From IMG/VR virus record IMGVR_UViG_3300028805_000054: a stretch of DNA of 64,000 bases; one strand, 5' to 3'. Position 1 is the stretch's first letter. Every line of letters starts with the position of its first letter. This document shows, one piece after another, positions 26,447 to 35,799 of this stretch. The position numbers were made by a program, and so were the translations under genes. The notes beneath the pieces were generated by a model, which worked only from the letters and a program-made list of their open reading frames with translations, made no database searches and was not told where the DNA came from. This stretch comes from an uncultured virus (IMG/VR IMGVR_UViG_3300028805_000054) (taxonomy: Duplodnaviria; Heunggongvirae; Uroviricota; Caudoviricetes).

Positions 26447-28597
26447 ATGGAAAAGAAAGATATTATTGTACCTAAAGGAATAAGGTACATTGGAAATTGG
26501 AAAGAGTTTGACCTTGATAAATATAACAGCCCTTATATAATAAATAAAACACTTACGGGTTGTGGATTTACAGAGCATTGCTTGACTAATGATAAAGATA
26601 TTGTACTAATATCTCCTAGACGGTTTCTTCTTGAAAATAAAGAAGAGCAACATTCTGGAGACGTCTACTATTTCAGAAATGATAATGAAGTTTCCGTTGA
26701 TTTTGAATTAGAAATTGATAAAGATGACGTTAAGTCTATCAAAGAAAAGGCAGAGGAAACTGAGGACTCTAAGAATAAAACTTTAGAGAATCTTGATCGT
26801 ATAAAGAGAAATCTGAGGAGTGCTTACTTAACTTTTAAAAAGAATAATCCAAGTAAGCCATTCAAGATACTTGTAACATATGACTCTTTCAAACATGTTA
26901 AGGATGTTCTTAAAAATATCAAGAAAGAAGGCAGTGTCTCATACTTTGATACGGACAAGGACAGTGTTGTAAAGGCTGAAACTGAATTTGATAATTTCTT
27001 TTGTGTGGTTGATGAATTTCAGTCTATTTTCATTGATGCACGTTTCAAATCAGAAGCTGAAATAACACTTCTTAAAGAATTGGATGGTTGTAAGAGATTA
27101 TGCTATGTAAGTGCTACTCCTATGCTCGACAAGTATCTAGAGATGCTACCAGAGTTTAAAGATCTTCCTTATTATGAGCTGGATTGGGCAACAGAAGACC
27201 CAGGACGAATAAAGAAACCAAAAATTGAAATTAAGTTTACAAGATCACTTAATGAAGAGGCCAAAGCAGTAATTCATAGTTATCAGAATAAAAGATATGA
27301 GACTCGATTAAACTCAGAGACCGGGGATTTAGTAGATTCTAAAGAGGCAGTTCTATTCTTCAACTCTGTGGCTGGTATTTGTCAGGTAATCAGGACAAAT
27401 AGATTACACCTAGAGGAATGTAATATTATATGTGCTGACACTTCAAAAAATCAAGAATCTATTAGGAAAGCTTTAAACTCTGTTCTTAAGAAGGATGCTG
27501 AAGAGAAGGGGGAAACTGTAAAATATTTTACAAAGAATGATAAAGTAGTAGGTAAAATTCCAGTCAAAGGAGAGAAACATAAATTATTCACATTCTGTAC
27601 TCGAACTGTATATCTTGGTGCAGATTTCTATTCAACTAATGCTAGAACCTTTGTATTCTCAGATGCTAATATAGACTGTTTGAGTGTAGATATTAGTATG
27701 GACTTAGAGCAGATATTAGGTAGACAAAGGCTTATAGAGAACCCTTGGAAAGATTATGCTAAAGTGTTTGTTCGGACTGTTTCTAAGAAAAATATAACTA
27801 CTGAAGGGGAATTTAAAAAGAAATTAAACGCTAAGGTTAAAAATACTGAGCGATTATTAAATTCCCATAAAGAAGTAAGTTTCGAAAATAAAAAAGCTTT
27901 GGCTGGAGTATATCTAGAAAGGGCTAAAGTACAACACTATCGAAACGATTATATTTCAGTAAGAGTTATAAAAGACTGGGAAACTAATGAAGTCAAAGAG
28001 CTTATCCCAGAATTCAACAATCTTATGATGATTTCTGATATGCGAGCTTTCGAGGTTCAACAGATAGATTATAAAGATAGATTCACTGTATTCTCTACTG
28101 TTAATCAGAATGGTATCGAGGGAGCAACAATTAAGTCATGCGAATTGGTAGAAGAGTTTAATAAAATTGGTGATACTACAAAAAGACTAAAATTTCTAGT
28201 TGACATTAGTGAAGATGATCTTTTAAACAAAGATGACATAGTAGCATTTTTAGAATTAATCCCATCTAAATACAAAGATTACTATTATGATGTTGGCCCT
28301 GAAGTTATAAAGAAATGTAGATGTTTCGAGTCAGAAGTTAAGAAAGAGTGGAGACGACAAAAATCTAATGGAAAAATAGAGGATCAAGTTGTTTCTAGAA
28401 CATATGATCTCTTTAAAGTTGGAAAGAAGTACTCTAATAAATATATTAAGGATAAACTTAAAGACTTATATCAAGAACTGGAGTACAATCAAAAAGCCAA
28501 AGCTACTGATCTTGAACTCTTATACATTGTAAAAGCCATTAAACTGCAAGAAGATGGTAAGTGGGTTAATGGTCTAGAGATATTAGGTAAGAGATAA
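26447..28597 (+). CDS. SF2 helicase-like protein, paralog A (716 aa)
   Basis: Motif I-like TLTGCGFT, Ia LISPRR, II VVDEFQ, III SATP, V TRTVYLGADF, VI EQILGRQR; C-terminal KAKATDL domain. Confidence 0.75.
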   Translation: MEKKDIIVPKGIRYIGNWKEFDLDKYNSPYIINKTLTGCGFTEHCLTNDKDIVLISPRRFLLENKEEQHSGDVYYFRNDNEVSVDFELEIDKDDVKSIKEKAEETEDSKNKTLENLDRIKRNLRSAYLTFKKNNPSKPFKILVTYDSFKHVKDVLKNIKKEGSVSYFDTDKDSVVKAETEFDNFFCVVDEFQSIFIDARFKSEAEITLLKELDGCKRLCYVSATPMLDKYLEMLPEFKDLPYYELDWATEDPGRIKKPKIEIKFTRSLNEEAKAVIHSYQNKRYETRLNSETGDLVDSKEAVLFFNSVAGICQVIRTNRLHLEECNIICADTSKNQESIRKALNSVLKKDAEEKGETVKYFTKNDKVVGKIPVKGEKHKLFTFCTRTVYLGADFYSTNARTFVFSDANIDCLSVDISMDLEQILGRQRLIENPWKDYAKVFVRTVSKKNITTEGEFKKKLNAKVKNTERLLNSHKEVSFENKKALAGVYLERAKVQHYRNDYISVRVIKDWETNEVKELIPEFNNLMMISDMRAFEVQQIDYKDRFTVFSTVNQNGIEGATIKSCELVEEFNKIGDTTKRLKFLVDISEDDLLNKDDIVAFLELIPSKYKDYYYDVGPEVIKKCRCFESEVKKEWRRQKSNGKIEDQVVSRTYDLFKVGKKYSNKYIKDKLKDLYQELEYNQKAKATDLELLYIVKAIKLQEDGKWVNGLEILGKR

Positions 28598-28608
28598 GAA
28601 TTTTAAAT

Positions 28609-29700
28609 ATGGAAGATAATAAATTGATAGATAAAATATTGGTTTATTATCTTCTTTTAATTTTAGTTTTAATTATGAAAAAGAAAAACACTTATTTATA
28701 CGTTATTCTTCTACCCCAAATGAATGAAGAATTAGAGTTAGGGTATATGATTAAGTTTGGTTATACTAAAGACTTCAAAGATAGAATGAGAGGTGGTTAT
28801 AATCAATATCATAGATATGTGAAAGTATTACATATATATGAAGGAGAATTTACTATGATGGATGAATCTAAGCTTAAGCAGTATTTTAGGGATAATAATT
28901 TAGTATTATGCAAAGATGAATACTTAAAGAATTGTAATGAAGTTCTCGAATTTTTTAATACTTATGATACCTCAGAGAAACTTAAAGAGAAGATTGACAC
29001 TATTCCTTATAAACCAATGCCTAGAAAATATTATAAAGTTGATCTTAATTATATTGAATATATCATCTTCAAAATATATTCAAGCCTAACCGAACTTTTA
29101 GATATTCAGAGAAAGAGGGATGAGATATTTAAAGAGTTGAGAGAATTTAGTGAAAAAGAGCAGCTTATTCATATCAAGACAAAATATGGTATTACAGAAG
29201 AGGAGTTGGAAGGGTATGTATTGAAAGTAACTCCAAAAAACTCTACAGAAAAAGCTTGTGAAATGGCTATTGAATTTAATAATATTGGTGATACTTCAAA
29301 AAAACTTAGGATGTTAGTTGATCTGAGAGAAGTAGATGGAGCAACTGAGAAGGATATCAATTCTTTCTTAGAATTAATTCCACCTAAGTTTAAAGAGTAC
29401 TATACTATCATGGGTCCTGATTTTATCAAACAGTTCTCTTGCAATGAAGCTGAAATTAAAAAAGAATGGATTAAGCAGAGATCCAATAAAACGATAGATA
29501 TTGCTTCTGAGATTTATAAAATATTTGAAGTTGGAGAAAGATATACTAAGGCTGATATCAAAGCCACTTTAAAGAAATTATATTCTGAGGTTGGATACCA
29601 GAAGACAGCAAAAGCATCAGATCTTCAGGAATATTTTGAAGTAAAAGGAATCCTAACCTCTGATAAAAAGAATGGATTTGAATTACTAAAAAAGAAATAG
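28609..29700 (+). CDS. GIY-YIG/T5orf172-like nuclease fused to the C-terminal domain of the helicase-like paralogs (start may be 28675)
   Basis: YLYVI...IKFGYTKDFKDRM; last ~150 aa align by eye with the end of 26447..28597. Confidence 0.65.
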   Translation: MEDNKLIDKILVYYLLLILVLIMKKKNTYLYVILLPQMNEELELGYMIKFGYTKDFKDRMRGGYNQYHRYVKVLHIYEGEFTMMDESKLKQYFRDNNLVLCKDEYLKNCNEVLEFFNTYDTSEKLKEKIDTIPYKPMPRKYYKVDLNYIEYIIFKIYSSLTELLDIQRKRDEIFKELREFSEKEQLIHIKTKYGITEEELEGYVLKVTPKNSTEKACEMAIEFNNIGDTSKKLRMLVDLREVDGATEKDINSFLELIPPKFKEYYTIMGPDFIKQFSCNEAEIKKEWIKQRSNKTIDIASEIYKIFEVGERYTKADIKATLKKLYSEVGYQKTAKASDLQEYFEVKGILTSDKKNGFELLKKK

Positions 29701-29722
29701 GTATTACCATTAAAGGTTTTAC

Positions 29723-30631
29723 CTATTTTTTATTTCTCCACCCATTCACAAAGTCATTCCCTGTGATAGGTCCTTTTTCTCCCGCCCTCCATAATGTTTT
29801 TATTCCAAGCCAACAATCTCCGGTCATTATATAAAGATCTTTCCCAATGATTAATTCTGTTCCGGGTTCATTCTTTTTATTTGATATCATCCCATCTATC
29901 CAAGCATCCAATATTTTACATTCTTGTCCAAACACGAGAGATAGTGCTCCGGGTTTTGGTGATAATCCTCTTATAAAATCCAGTACACCCAACGCAGGTT
30001 CTCCCCAATCTATCCAAGTATTTGCTCTTGTCAATTTTGGTGCGATCTTTTCTTTCCCTGTTGTTTCCTGTATTGTTCCCTCACCGTCTCCGCATAATAT
30101 TTTAGTAATAGTAGTAATACAGAAGGTGCCAGCATAGAGGGACATGTTTTCATAAAGTTTTCCAAAGTTGAAGTAGGGATTAATGATGAATTTAACCTGA
30201 TGTATTATTCTCCCAGTATCTATCCCTGAGTCTAGCCAAAATGCGGATAATCCAGTTTCTATTTCTCCATTTATTATAGCCCAATTAATAGGTGCTGCTC
30301 CTCTATAATCTGGAAGATATGAGGCATGGATATTAAAGGTCCCTAGTTTTGGAAAATCATAGACGGTTGGTGGTAGAATTTTGAAAGCTACTACGATTCC
30401 TAAGTTTGGTTTAGTTTGTTTAAGTTTTTCAATCAATCCTTCATCATTCTTTGGGTCTTTAGTTTGGTAGATAGGGAGGAACAGTCTTTTAGCTTCTCTC
30501 TTGACTGGTGTATTTTCTATTCCTGTCACTACTAATACCACCTTTATATCTCTTTCTACCAACTCAGACAAAACTGGGACGGAAAAACTCGGACTACCAT
30601 AAAATACTACTCTTAATTCTTCTTTTTTCAT
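29723..30631 (-). CDS. fmt: Methionyl-tRNA formyltransferase-like
   Basis: RVVFYGSPSFSV, NIHASYLPDYRGAAPINWAI, IDTG, IRGLSPKPGA. Confidence 0.88.
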   Translation of the reverse strand: MKKEELRVVFYGSPSFSVPVLSELVERDIKVVLVVTGIENTPVKREAKRLFLPIYQTKDPKNDEGLIEKLKQTKPNLGIVVAFKILPPTVYDFPKLGTFNIHASYLPDYRGAAPINWAIINGEIETGLSAFWLDSGIDTGRIIHQVKFIINPYFNFGKLYENMSLYAGTFCITTITKILCGDGEGTIQETTGKEKIAPKLTRANTWIDWGEPALGVLDFIRGLSPKPGALSLVFGQECKILDAWIDGMISNKKNEPGTELIIGKDLYIMTGDCWLGIKTLWRAGEKGPITGNDFVNGWRNKK

Positions 30632-30645
30632 CTCGTCTATAAGGA

Positions 30646-30729
30646 GTTGGGGAGATTATGCAAGATTCTCACACAAGCTCTTCACCCTCCGTCTTGTGTC
30701 CGTTTCCTCTTGCATTAAAAATCCCCAAC
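30646..30729. repeat. Ladder element 8 (between terminator and promoter 30634-30644)
   Basis: gttgggga/tccccaac; atgcaaga/tcttgcat; acacaag/cttgtgt. Confidence 0.88.
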
Positions 30730-30752
30730 AAAAAAAAAGACGAGGAAAGTTT

Positions 30753-31178
30753 TTATTTCCCCGTTTTCTTTCTATCTCTGACCCAGACTTTTGGTTTTCC
30801 CAGTAGTATAAGAGGTTCTGTCAAGGTCCACTCTTTGATATGATTCGAGTCCACCGGTTTTCCTCCTTTCTCTGGATTTACTCCTAGTGTTATGTGTTTA
30901 TGTTTATTCCTTGTTGGAGCACTACACATAACTTTAACCGCTGCCACTCTATCATCCATTCCAAAGTGTGTAACAATCAAGAACAGAGTCTTATCTTTAT
31001 TCTGTTCATACCAATACTTTTCTGAGCCAGTAAGTTCCACATCAGGTCCTGTATTGAATACTATTGTCATATGGTGGCAAAATATTCTCCAGCCCTCATG
31101 TTCGCCAAATTTCTGTTTTAGGATGTCTTGGCTTTCTTTGTCAAGTTCCACCCCATAGTATAATATATTTTTATCCAT
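30753..31178 (-). CDS. 2H phosphoesterase (cyclic phosphodiesterase-like)
   Basis: Two HxT motifs: HMT and HIT. Confidence 0.7.
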   Translation of the reverse strand: MDKNILYYGVELDKESQDILKQKFGEHEGWRIFCHHMTIVFNTGPDVELTGSEKYWYEQNKDKTLFLIVTHFGMDDRVAAVKVMCSAPTRNKHKHITLGVNPEKGGKPVDSNHIKEWTLTEPLILLGKPKVWVRDRKKTGK

Positions 31179-31233
31179 GTTGTTGAAATTTAAACTCCCC
31201 GTCCTACTAATAAGGATTTCGGGGAGCGTGAAC

Positions 31234-31623
31234 CTACAAAATCTGATACTTACCTTTTGGTTCTCCTAGATAATGTACTTTTAATGCTACAACGTCTTTT
31301 ACTCTAGTTACAGTCATCGAGCTCATTTCCAGGAGTCTATTTAGGTCTTCACATATGTCATCAGATATTTTGTCTTTCATTCTTTTTACTTCTCTGTCGT
31401 TTTCTCCTACCTTTCTTATTTCATTCAGGTAATCAGAGAAATCGATACTTACATCTCCACCAAACAGAATTTCTCCTTCTTCAATCCATCCGGTGAATTT
31501 TCCTTCAATACTTTCCAACTGTAAGGCCACTATCTGAAAAGGTTGACCATACTTTGGATCTTCGGAGTGATAGTACTTATGTTTCATCACTTCCGTTCCT
31601 AGCCATAATTTTCTTTGTCCCAT
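31234..31623 (-). CDS. hypothetical protein (start at MGQRKL)
   Basis: Track start lies inside promoter motif 31684-31694. Confidence 0.65.
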   Translation of the reverse strand: MGQRKLWLGTEVMKHKYYHSEDPKYGQPFQIVALQLESIEGKFTGWIEEGEILFGGDVSIDFSDYLNEIRKVGENDREVKRMKDKISDDICEDLNRLLEMSSMTVTRVKDVVALKVHYLGEPKGKYQIL

Positions 31624-31715
31624 GTTTGTTTGTTTTAAAAAAATTAAAAAGAGCCCCAATAATTTCTTTAGGAGCTCTTCTCTCATTAATAAGGGTTTCA
31701 GGCTTTCTCAGACGG

Positions 31716-32156
31716 TCAACTTTTCCGATATTTCCAGAGTGAGCATTCGGGGTTACATTCCATAAAGCATTCATTCTGGCAGTGACATTCTAGATCGGAT
31801 AAGGTTTGTACTTCCTCATGTACCTCTTCTATTCGTTTCAGGTATTTAGAAGCGGTATATCTAACTCTCAACATATTCTCCCCCGTCTTAGGATCTTTAG
31901 AGAGGGTCATTATAGTACACGTGTTAGCCTCCGGAAAAGTTTGGATAGGGATATTGGCCAGCATTGATTTTTTAGCCACATTATTCTCCATATGTTTCCC
32001 GATTTCTATGGGTGGTTTGACGGCGAGTAGGATTCCATTTTCTCTATTCTTCTCGTCGTATACCAAATCTCCCATCATCAGTTTCTCATCACCTTTTCCC
32101 TTAACTCCTCTTTTTGATAATACTCTTACACCCTTTAATATATCAATTTCTTCCAT
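31716..32156 (-). CDS. hypothetical protein with C-terminal Cys cluster
   Basis: CHCQNECFMECNPEC. Confidence 0.7.
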   Translation of the reverse strand: MEEIDILKGVRVLSKRGVKGKGDEKLMMGDLVYDEKNRENGILLAVKPPIEIGKHMENNVAKKSMLANIPIQTFPEANTCTIMTLSKDPKTGENMLRVRYTASKYLKRIEEVHEEVQTLSDLECHCQNECFMECNPECSLWKYRKS

Positions 32157-32751
32157 ATATTGTTCTGGATAGTTCGGTTAGGCTTTTCTTTCCCATTCCG
32201 TTCTTCCATTCAATATTAAGGATTTGGGTTATATCTTCATCTACATCTTTCCATTCCCACCCTGACCATCTAGCTTCCGACAATTTTACAAGGATAGCGT
32301 GTTCTGGTGTTGGTGAATTAAACTGTGAAACCTGCTCGAGAACCTTCCAGAAAAAATCAGACTGGAAAAGTACGGCCGGAGATTTTAAGGCAGCTCTCCA
32401 TATTCCTTCTATTCTCCAAGCCACTCCATTCCAATCTCCCGGTTCTATTCCCCTTAATATTCCTTCGGTTGGTTTTTGTTCAGTTAAGGTCAAGAATTCA
32501 AAGTCAGTTTTAGTCGCATCATCTCTTCCTTCTCCCGTTGTTCCTGCCACAAAAGATTTCTCGGCCGTTATAAAATCCCAGTCTAAGATCCTGGAAGAAT
32601 GGGTGAGCAGGGAATAATTGGCTTTAGTATCTTTCATTTCCATCACCACCTCTATTTCCCCTTGTCCTATTTCAAGTTCTTCCAATAATAGTATGAGTGA
32701 TTCTTTATCTCTCAGTGTTACTTTTATTTTCCTAGTTGTATTGTCTTCCAT
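32143..32751 (-). CDS. hypothetical protein
   Basis: Operon ORF. Confidence 0.7.
   Translation of the reverse strand: MEDNTTRKIKVTLRDKESLILLLEELEIGQGEIEVVMEMKDTKANYSLLTHSSRILDWDFITAEKSFVAGTTGEGRDDATKTDFEFLTLTEQKPTEGILRGIEPGDWNGVAWRIEGIWRAALKSPAVLFQSDFFWKVLEQVSQFNSPTPEHAILVKLSEARWSGWEWKDVDEDITQILNIEWKNGMGKKSLTELSRTIYGRN
32331..32611. repeat. Ladder element 9 (inside CDS)
   Basis: cctgctc 32331/gagcagg 32605; cttccag 32344/ctggaag 32591; agactgg 32359/ccagtct 32578; acggccg 32372/cggccgt 32562; ggcag 32389/ctgcc 32544. Confidence 0.88.
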
Positions 32752-33944
32752 GAGTTTTTCTCCTGTTCTGCATAAATTACTTCTCCGTTTGTTTGGGGAT
32801 CTAGGTTTACCACATTTCTATATTTGTGCGTATTCCAATCTCCGTAGTATTTGCAATGAGCATGAACTGACCACCACCCTGAACCTGAAGTATGGGCAGC
32901 AAATTCTTTATCTACTTTATTCATGTCTCTATTTCCGTATATAACATTCCCTATAAACTTTGGAGATATTTGTTCGATATATTTAAGTCCGGAATGAGTG
33001 CAAACATACTTTAGTTTTCCAGTATCAATTATAACGAATAGCTTAAGAATTCTGTTCAGCCTGTCTAGATATGTTTTTGCTTGTTCCGGATTTAAGTCCA
33101 TAAATTCTTTGTAGGTTGTCTTGAAATAATCGGCGGGAATAGATTCATATAATAATTCTCTTACCTCTCTATTTCTTCCCCCTACATTCAACATGATAAG
33201 TCCGAGTTGTTTTCTGAGTCTTAGTTCGTGATTTCCTTCAAGCCAGACGATCCCACTTCTCGCTCCTCTCCGTATTACCTCATCAATCATTGCCCTACTT
33301 CCTCCTTCCTCTGGTCCATCTATATAATCACCATGAAAGATAGTCAGTCCATAATCTTTGAAGTTGGGGAGTAGTTTAAAGAGTGAGTAGTTGGAGTGGA
33401 TATCAGAGACATGTAGTATTTTCTTTCCTTGTCCCCCTATCCAATTTTCTCGTTTGGCTTTTTTCTCCCAATACAACTCTACATCTCGGTATTTCTTTAT
33501 CACGTGTTTTCCTTCCTCTGTAAAATCAAGGTGTTCTACAACCTCTCTCTTTATTTCATCTTTTCGTTTTGGGATATAGTAGGGGAGGCCATAAGCTTTT
33601 TGATTCTTCATGTAATCTTTAGGGATGGATTGGTAGACATAGAAAATAGTATAACCGAATATGAAGGCCAATGATTCAAAGACCTTAAGGCATTCATTTT
33701 CTGGATCCAACACAATCAGACATCCTTTACTCAGTTTTGTTATGAAGACCTTGAGAAATTCCGAATAGACTGTATCACCGTAAGACCTATTTAGCACCTC
33801 CTTAAATGGTACCAAGAGTTCAGGGCTAGAGTACAGTTTTTTCAGGACATCTATATCAAGGAAAAAATTCTTAAGTCCTTCCCTTTCTACCCACCTAAGT
33901 TTTTCAGTTTTAGCAACACCTTTCAATATGATTAGTGATTTCAT
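32724..33944 (-). CDS. Pnkp-like protein: degenerate P-loop kinase + calcineurin-like phosphatase
   Basis: LIILKGVAKTEK; SDIH, HGDYIDG, GNHE, THSG, HAH. Confidence 0.7.
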   Translation of the reverse strand: MKSLIILKGVAKTEKLRWVEREGLKNFFLDIDVLKKLYSSPELLVPFKEVLNRSYGDTVYSEFLKVFITKLSKGCLIVLDPENECLKVFESLAFIFGYTIFYVYQSIPKDYMKNQKAYGLPYYIPKRKDEIKREVVEHLDFTEEGKHVIKKYRDVELYWEKKAKRENWIGGQGKKILHVSDIHSNYSLFKLLPNFKDYGLTIFHGDYIDGPEEGGSRAMIDEVIRRGARSGIVWLEGNHELRLRKQLGLIMLNVGGRNREVRELLYESIPADYFKTTYKEFMDLNPEQAKTYLDRLNRILKLFVIIDTGKLKYVCTHSGLKYIEQISPKFIGNVIYGNRDMNKVDKEFAAHTSGSGWWSVHAHCKYYGDWNTHKYRNVVNLDPQTNGEVIYAEQEKNSWKTIQLGK

Positions 33945-33946
33945 AA

Positions 33947-34516
33947 TTATCCTGGGAGTTGCATTTGCTGAAGATCTTGAAATTTTTGGATATAAGAACC
34001 AGCGCAAAGTATGACATCCTTAACCGAAGTTTTACCGGTAAGAAGAGGAACACCATACTTCTCACAATAAAGATGAATCTGAGAATACATCTGATTACCT
34101 TCCCCGCATCTAACCACCAATTTTCCTGACGTGACTAGAGACCCGAATTCTAAGATTGGGGTGGGAGATACAGATTTATTCATAATGTTTAAGAATACAA
34201 AATCAGCCATATCCATCATCGCCATTCTCCACTGCATGGTCGCAACAAATTCGGGGTTTTCCAACGTCGGGGCTAATCTATTGGTGGGAGGAACATGCGG
34301 GTTGAAAATAATCCAGTTAGCTCCCTTAATCATCAGCAAACCTTTTAGAGGATCAGACAATTTTTCCAATCCCTCTACAAATTTAGTCTGCCAATCATTC
34401 TCGGAGGAACCAAAATCCATAGTACCACCGAGATAAACTTTAATAGCGTCATTTGTAACCACCGGCAGCTGATCGCCAGGGTACAAGACGGTAATTTTCT
34501 CACTTACTTGCAACAT
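33947..34516 (-). CDS. Nucleoside 2-deoxyribosyltransferase-like protein
   Basis: VYLGGTMD...DWQ...IFNP...SPTPILEFG...KLVVRC. Confidence 0.75.
   Translation of the reverse strand: MLQVSEKITVLYPGDQLPVVTNDAIKVYLGGTMDFGSSENDWQTKFVEGLEKLSDPLKGLLMIKGANWIIFNPHVPPTNRLAPTLENPEFVATMQWRMAMMDMADFVFLNIMNKSVSPTPILEFGSLVTSGKLVVRCGEGNQMYSQIHLYCEKYGVPLLTGKTSVKDVILCAGSYIQKFQDLQQMQLPG
34103..34301. repeat. Ladder element 10 (inside CDS)
   Basis: cccgcat/atgcggg; ccaccaa/ttggtgg; gacgt/acgtc; cccgaatt/aattcggg. Confidence 0.8.
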
Positions 34517-35799
34517 AATACTTCCTCAAGGATACCCACTGCTTTAGCTGTGGGAGGAATTGAGGTTGATTCCTTCTTTTTGTTATACATAATTAATCTA
34601 CTAGATATCCTACAAAGTCTGAGATTCTTGTAAGAGGTACCTAATTTATTTCCATCAAATGTGCGAATATCAAAATAACCACAGCTTCTTCTACCACCTA
34701 TATAGTATTGTCCTCCTTTATATCTAACAATATCATTTAGCCTATAACCACAAACTTTATATGAAGCTTGATTCTTTTTAAGTTTACCTCCTTTTAAAAT
34801 TTTAAACTTATGAATTTGACGATTATGTCTCCTAACCTGTTTCATAATATATCTATAATCTAACAGCTTAGCTCCAAAATTCTCACTAATTACAAAAGCA
34901 TCATTGTCATGATCCTTAGAGATACTATTCTGAATACGATTATATTTTGTAATATATCCCCAAGTATAGAAAACATTACTATATCTTATTCCAGATTCCC
35001 TAAGAAGATAATTCTTCATAATATTCATTACTGCTGCATCACGAAGAGATCTGGATCTCTTAAAAGACAACTTAATCTTACCTTCATGATAATCCTTGTG
35101 ACAAGTTTTACACAAAGTAATCAGGTTTCCTGGAGAGTTACCCCCTATCTTTCTTGATACAATATGATGTACATTTAAGATCTTATCACCAGACCTACCT
35201 TTACAATGTTGACAGGTGTGATTATCCCGGGACAAAATATACTCTCTAATATTCCAGAAATCTTTTTGCGGCCCCTCCTGATATTGTACTCCACTAATAC
35301 TAGGGTTATTTATCTTCTGAGGATCAAAAGAACCAACTTCAATAATAAGTTTTGTGATTGGAAGAATAGAGTAGACTAGATCTATCAGTTTAAAGTGAAA
35401 TTGTATCTTATTCTGTATAGAGGGTGCTATCCAACCAGGTTTCTTAGTTTTTATTCTATTCAGAAATCTAGCCTCTCTGTGACGAAGTCTTCCTCTTCTA
35501 GTTCTTCTAACTTCTCTCCTAGTTGAAAGGAGATTTACTATATCTGTTCTTAATTCACCTATCCCACAAAATAATTCTTCTTTTGAAGTAGTAGCAGATA
35601 GGCCAACATGTTTTGACCCACTGTCTACGCCAAGAGTAATATTTTGTGTATATCTTTTCTTTTCTGTGGTCAACTGGATTGTGAATGGTTCTTTTCTTAC
35701 CACCACTGCTTGACCTGTTTTAAGTAGCCACCTGACATGTCCTAATCTTTTAGTAGGCATTAAAGGCGTGCCATCATAGTTCAATACATATACAATCAT
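34504..35799 (-). CDS. iscB: RNA-guided endonuclease IscB
   Basis: PLMP domain; RuvC-I LGVDSG; Arg-rich RRTRR bridge helix; RuvC-II IIEV; HNH CQHC..HHIV..N..TLCKTCH; RuvC-III HDNDA. Confidence 0.95.
   Translation of the reverse strand: MIVYVLNYDGTPLMPTKRLGHVRWLLKTGQAVVVRKEPFTIQLTTEKKRYTQNITLGVDSGSKHVGLSATTSKEELFCGIGELRTDIVNLLSTRREVRRTRRGRLRHREARFLNRIKTKKPGWIAPSIQNKIQFHFKLIDLVYSILPITKLIIEVGSFDPQKINNPSISGVQYQEGPQKDFWNIREYILSRDNHTCQHCKGRSGDKILNVHHIVSRKIGGNSPGNLITLCKTCHKDYHEGKIKLSFKRSRSLRDAAVMNIMKNYLLRESGIRYSNVFYTWGYITKYNRIQNSISKDHDNDAFVISENFGAKLLDYRYIMKQVRRHNRQIHKFKILKGGKLKKNQASYKVCGYRLNDIVRYKGGQYYIGGRRSCGYFDIRTFDGNKLGTSYKNLRLCRISSRLIMYNKKKESTSIPPTAKAVGILEEVLCCK

Noticed and set aside
6323..30729. 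Interpreting the intergenic ladders as ordinary terminators, MITEs or REP-like repeats
   Set aside because: Separate canonical terminators lie beside them, there is no shared terminal sequence or target duplication, and the same geometry occurs inside CDSs.
34504..35799. Cas9 or simple HNH homing endonuclease
   Set aside because: 431 aa with an N-terminal PLMP domain, split RuvC plus HNH, an upstream omega-RNA and no array: this is IscB.
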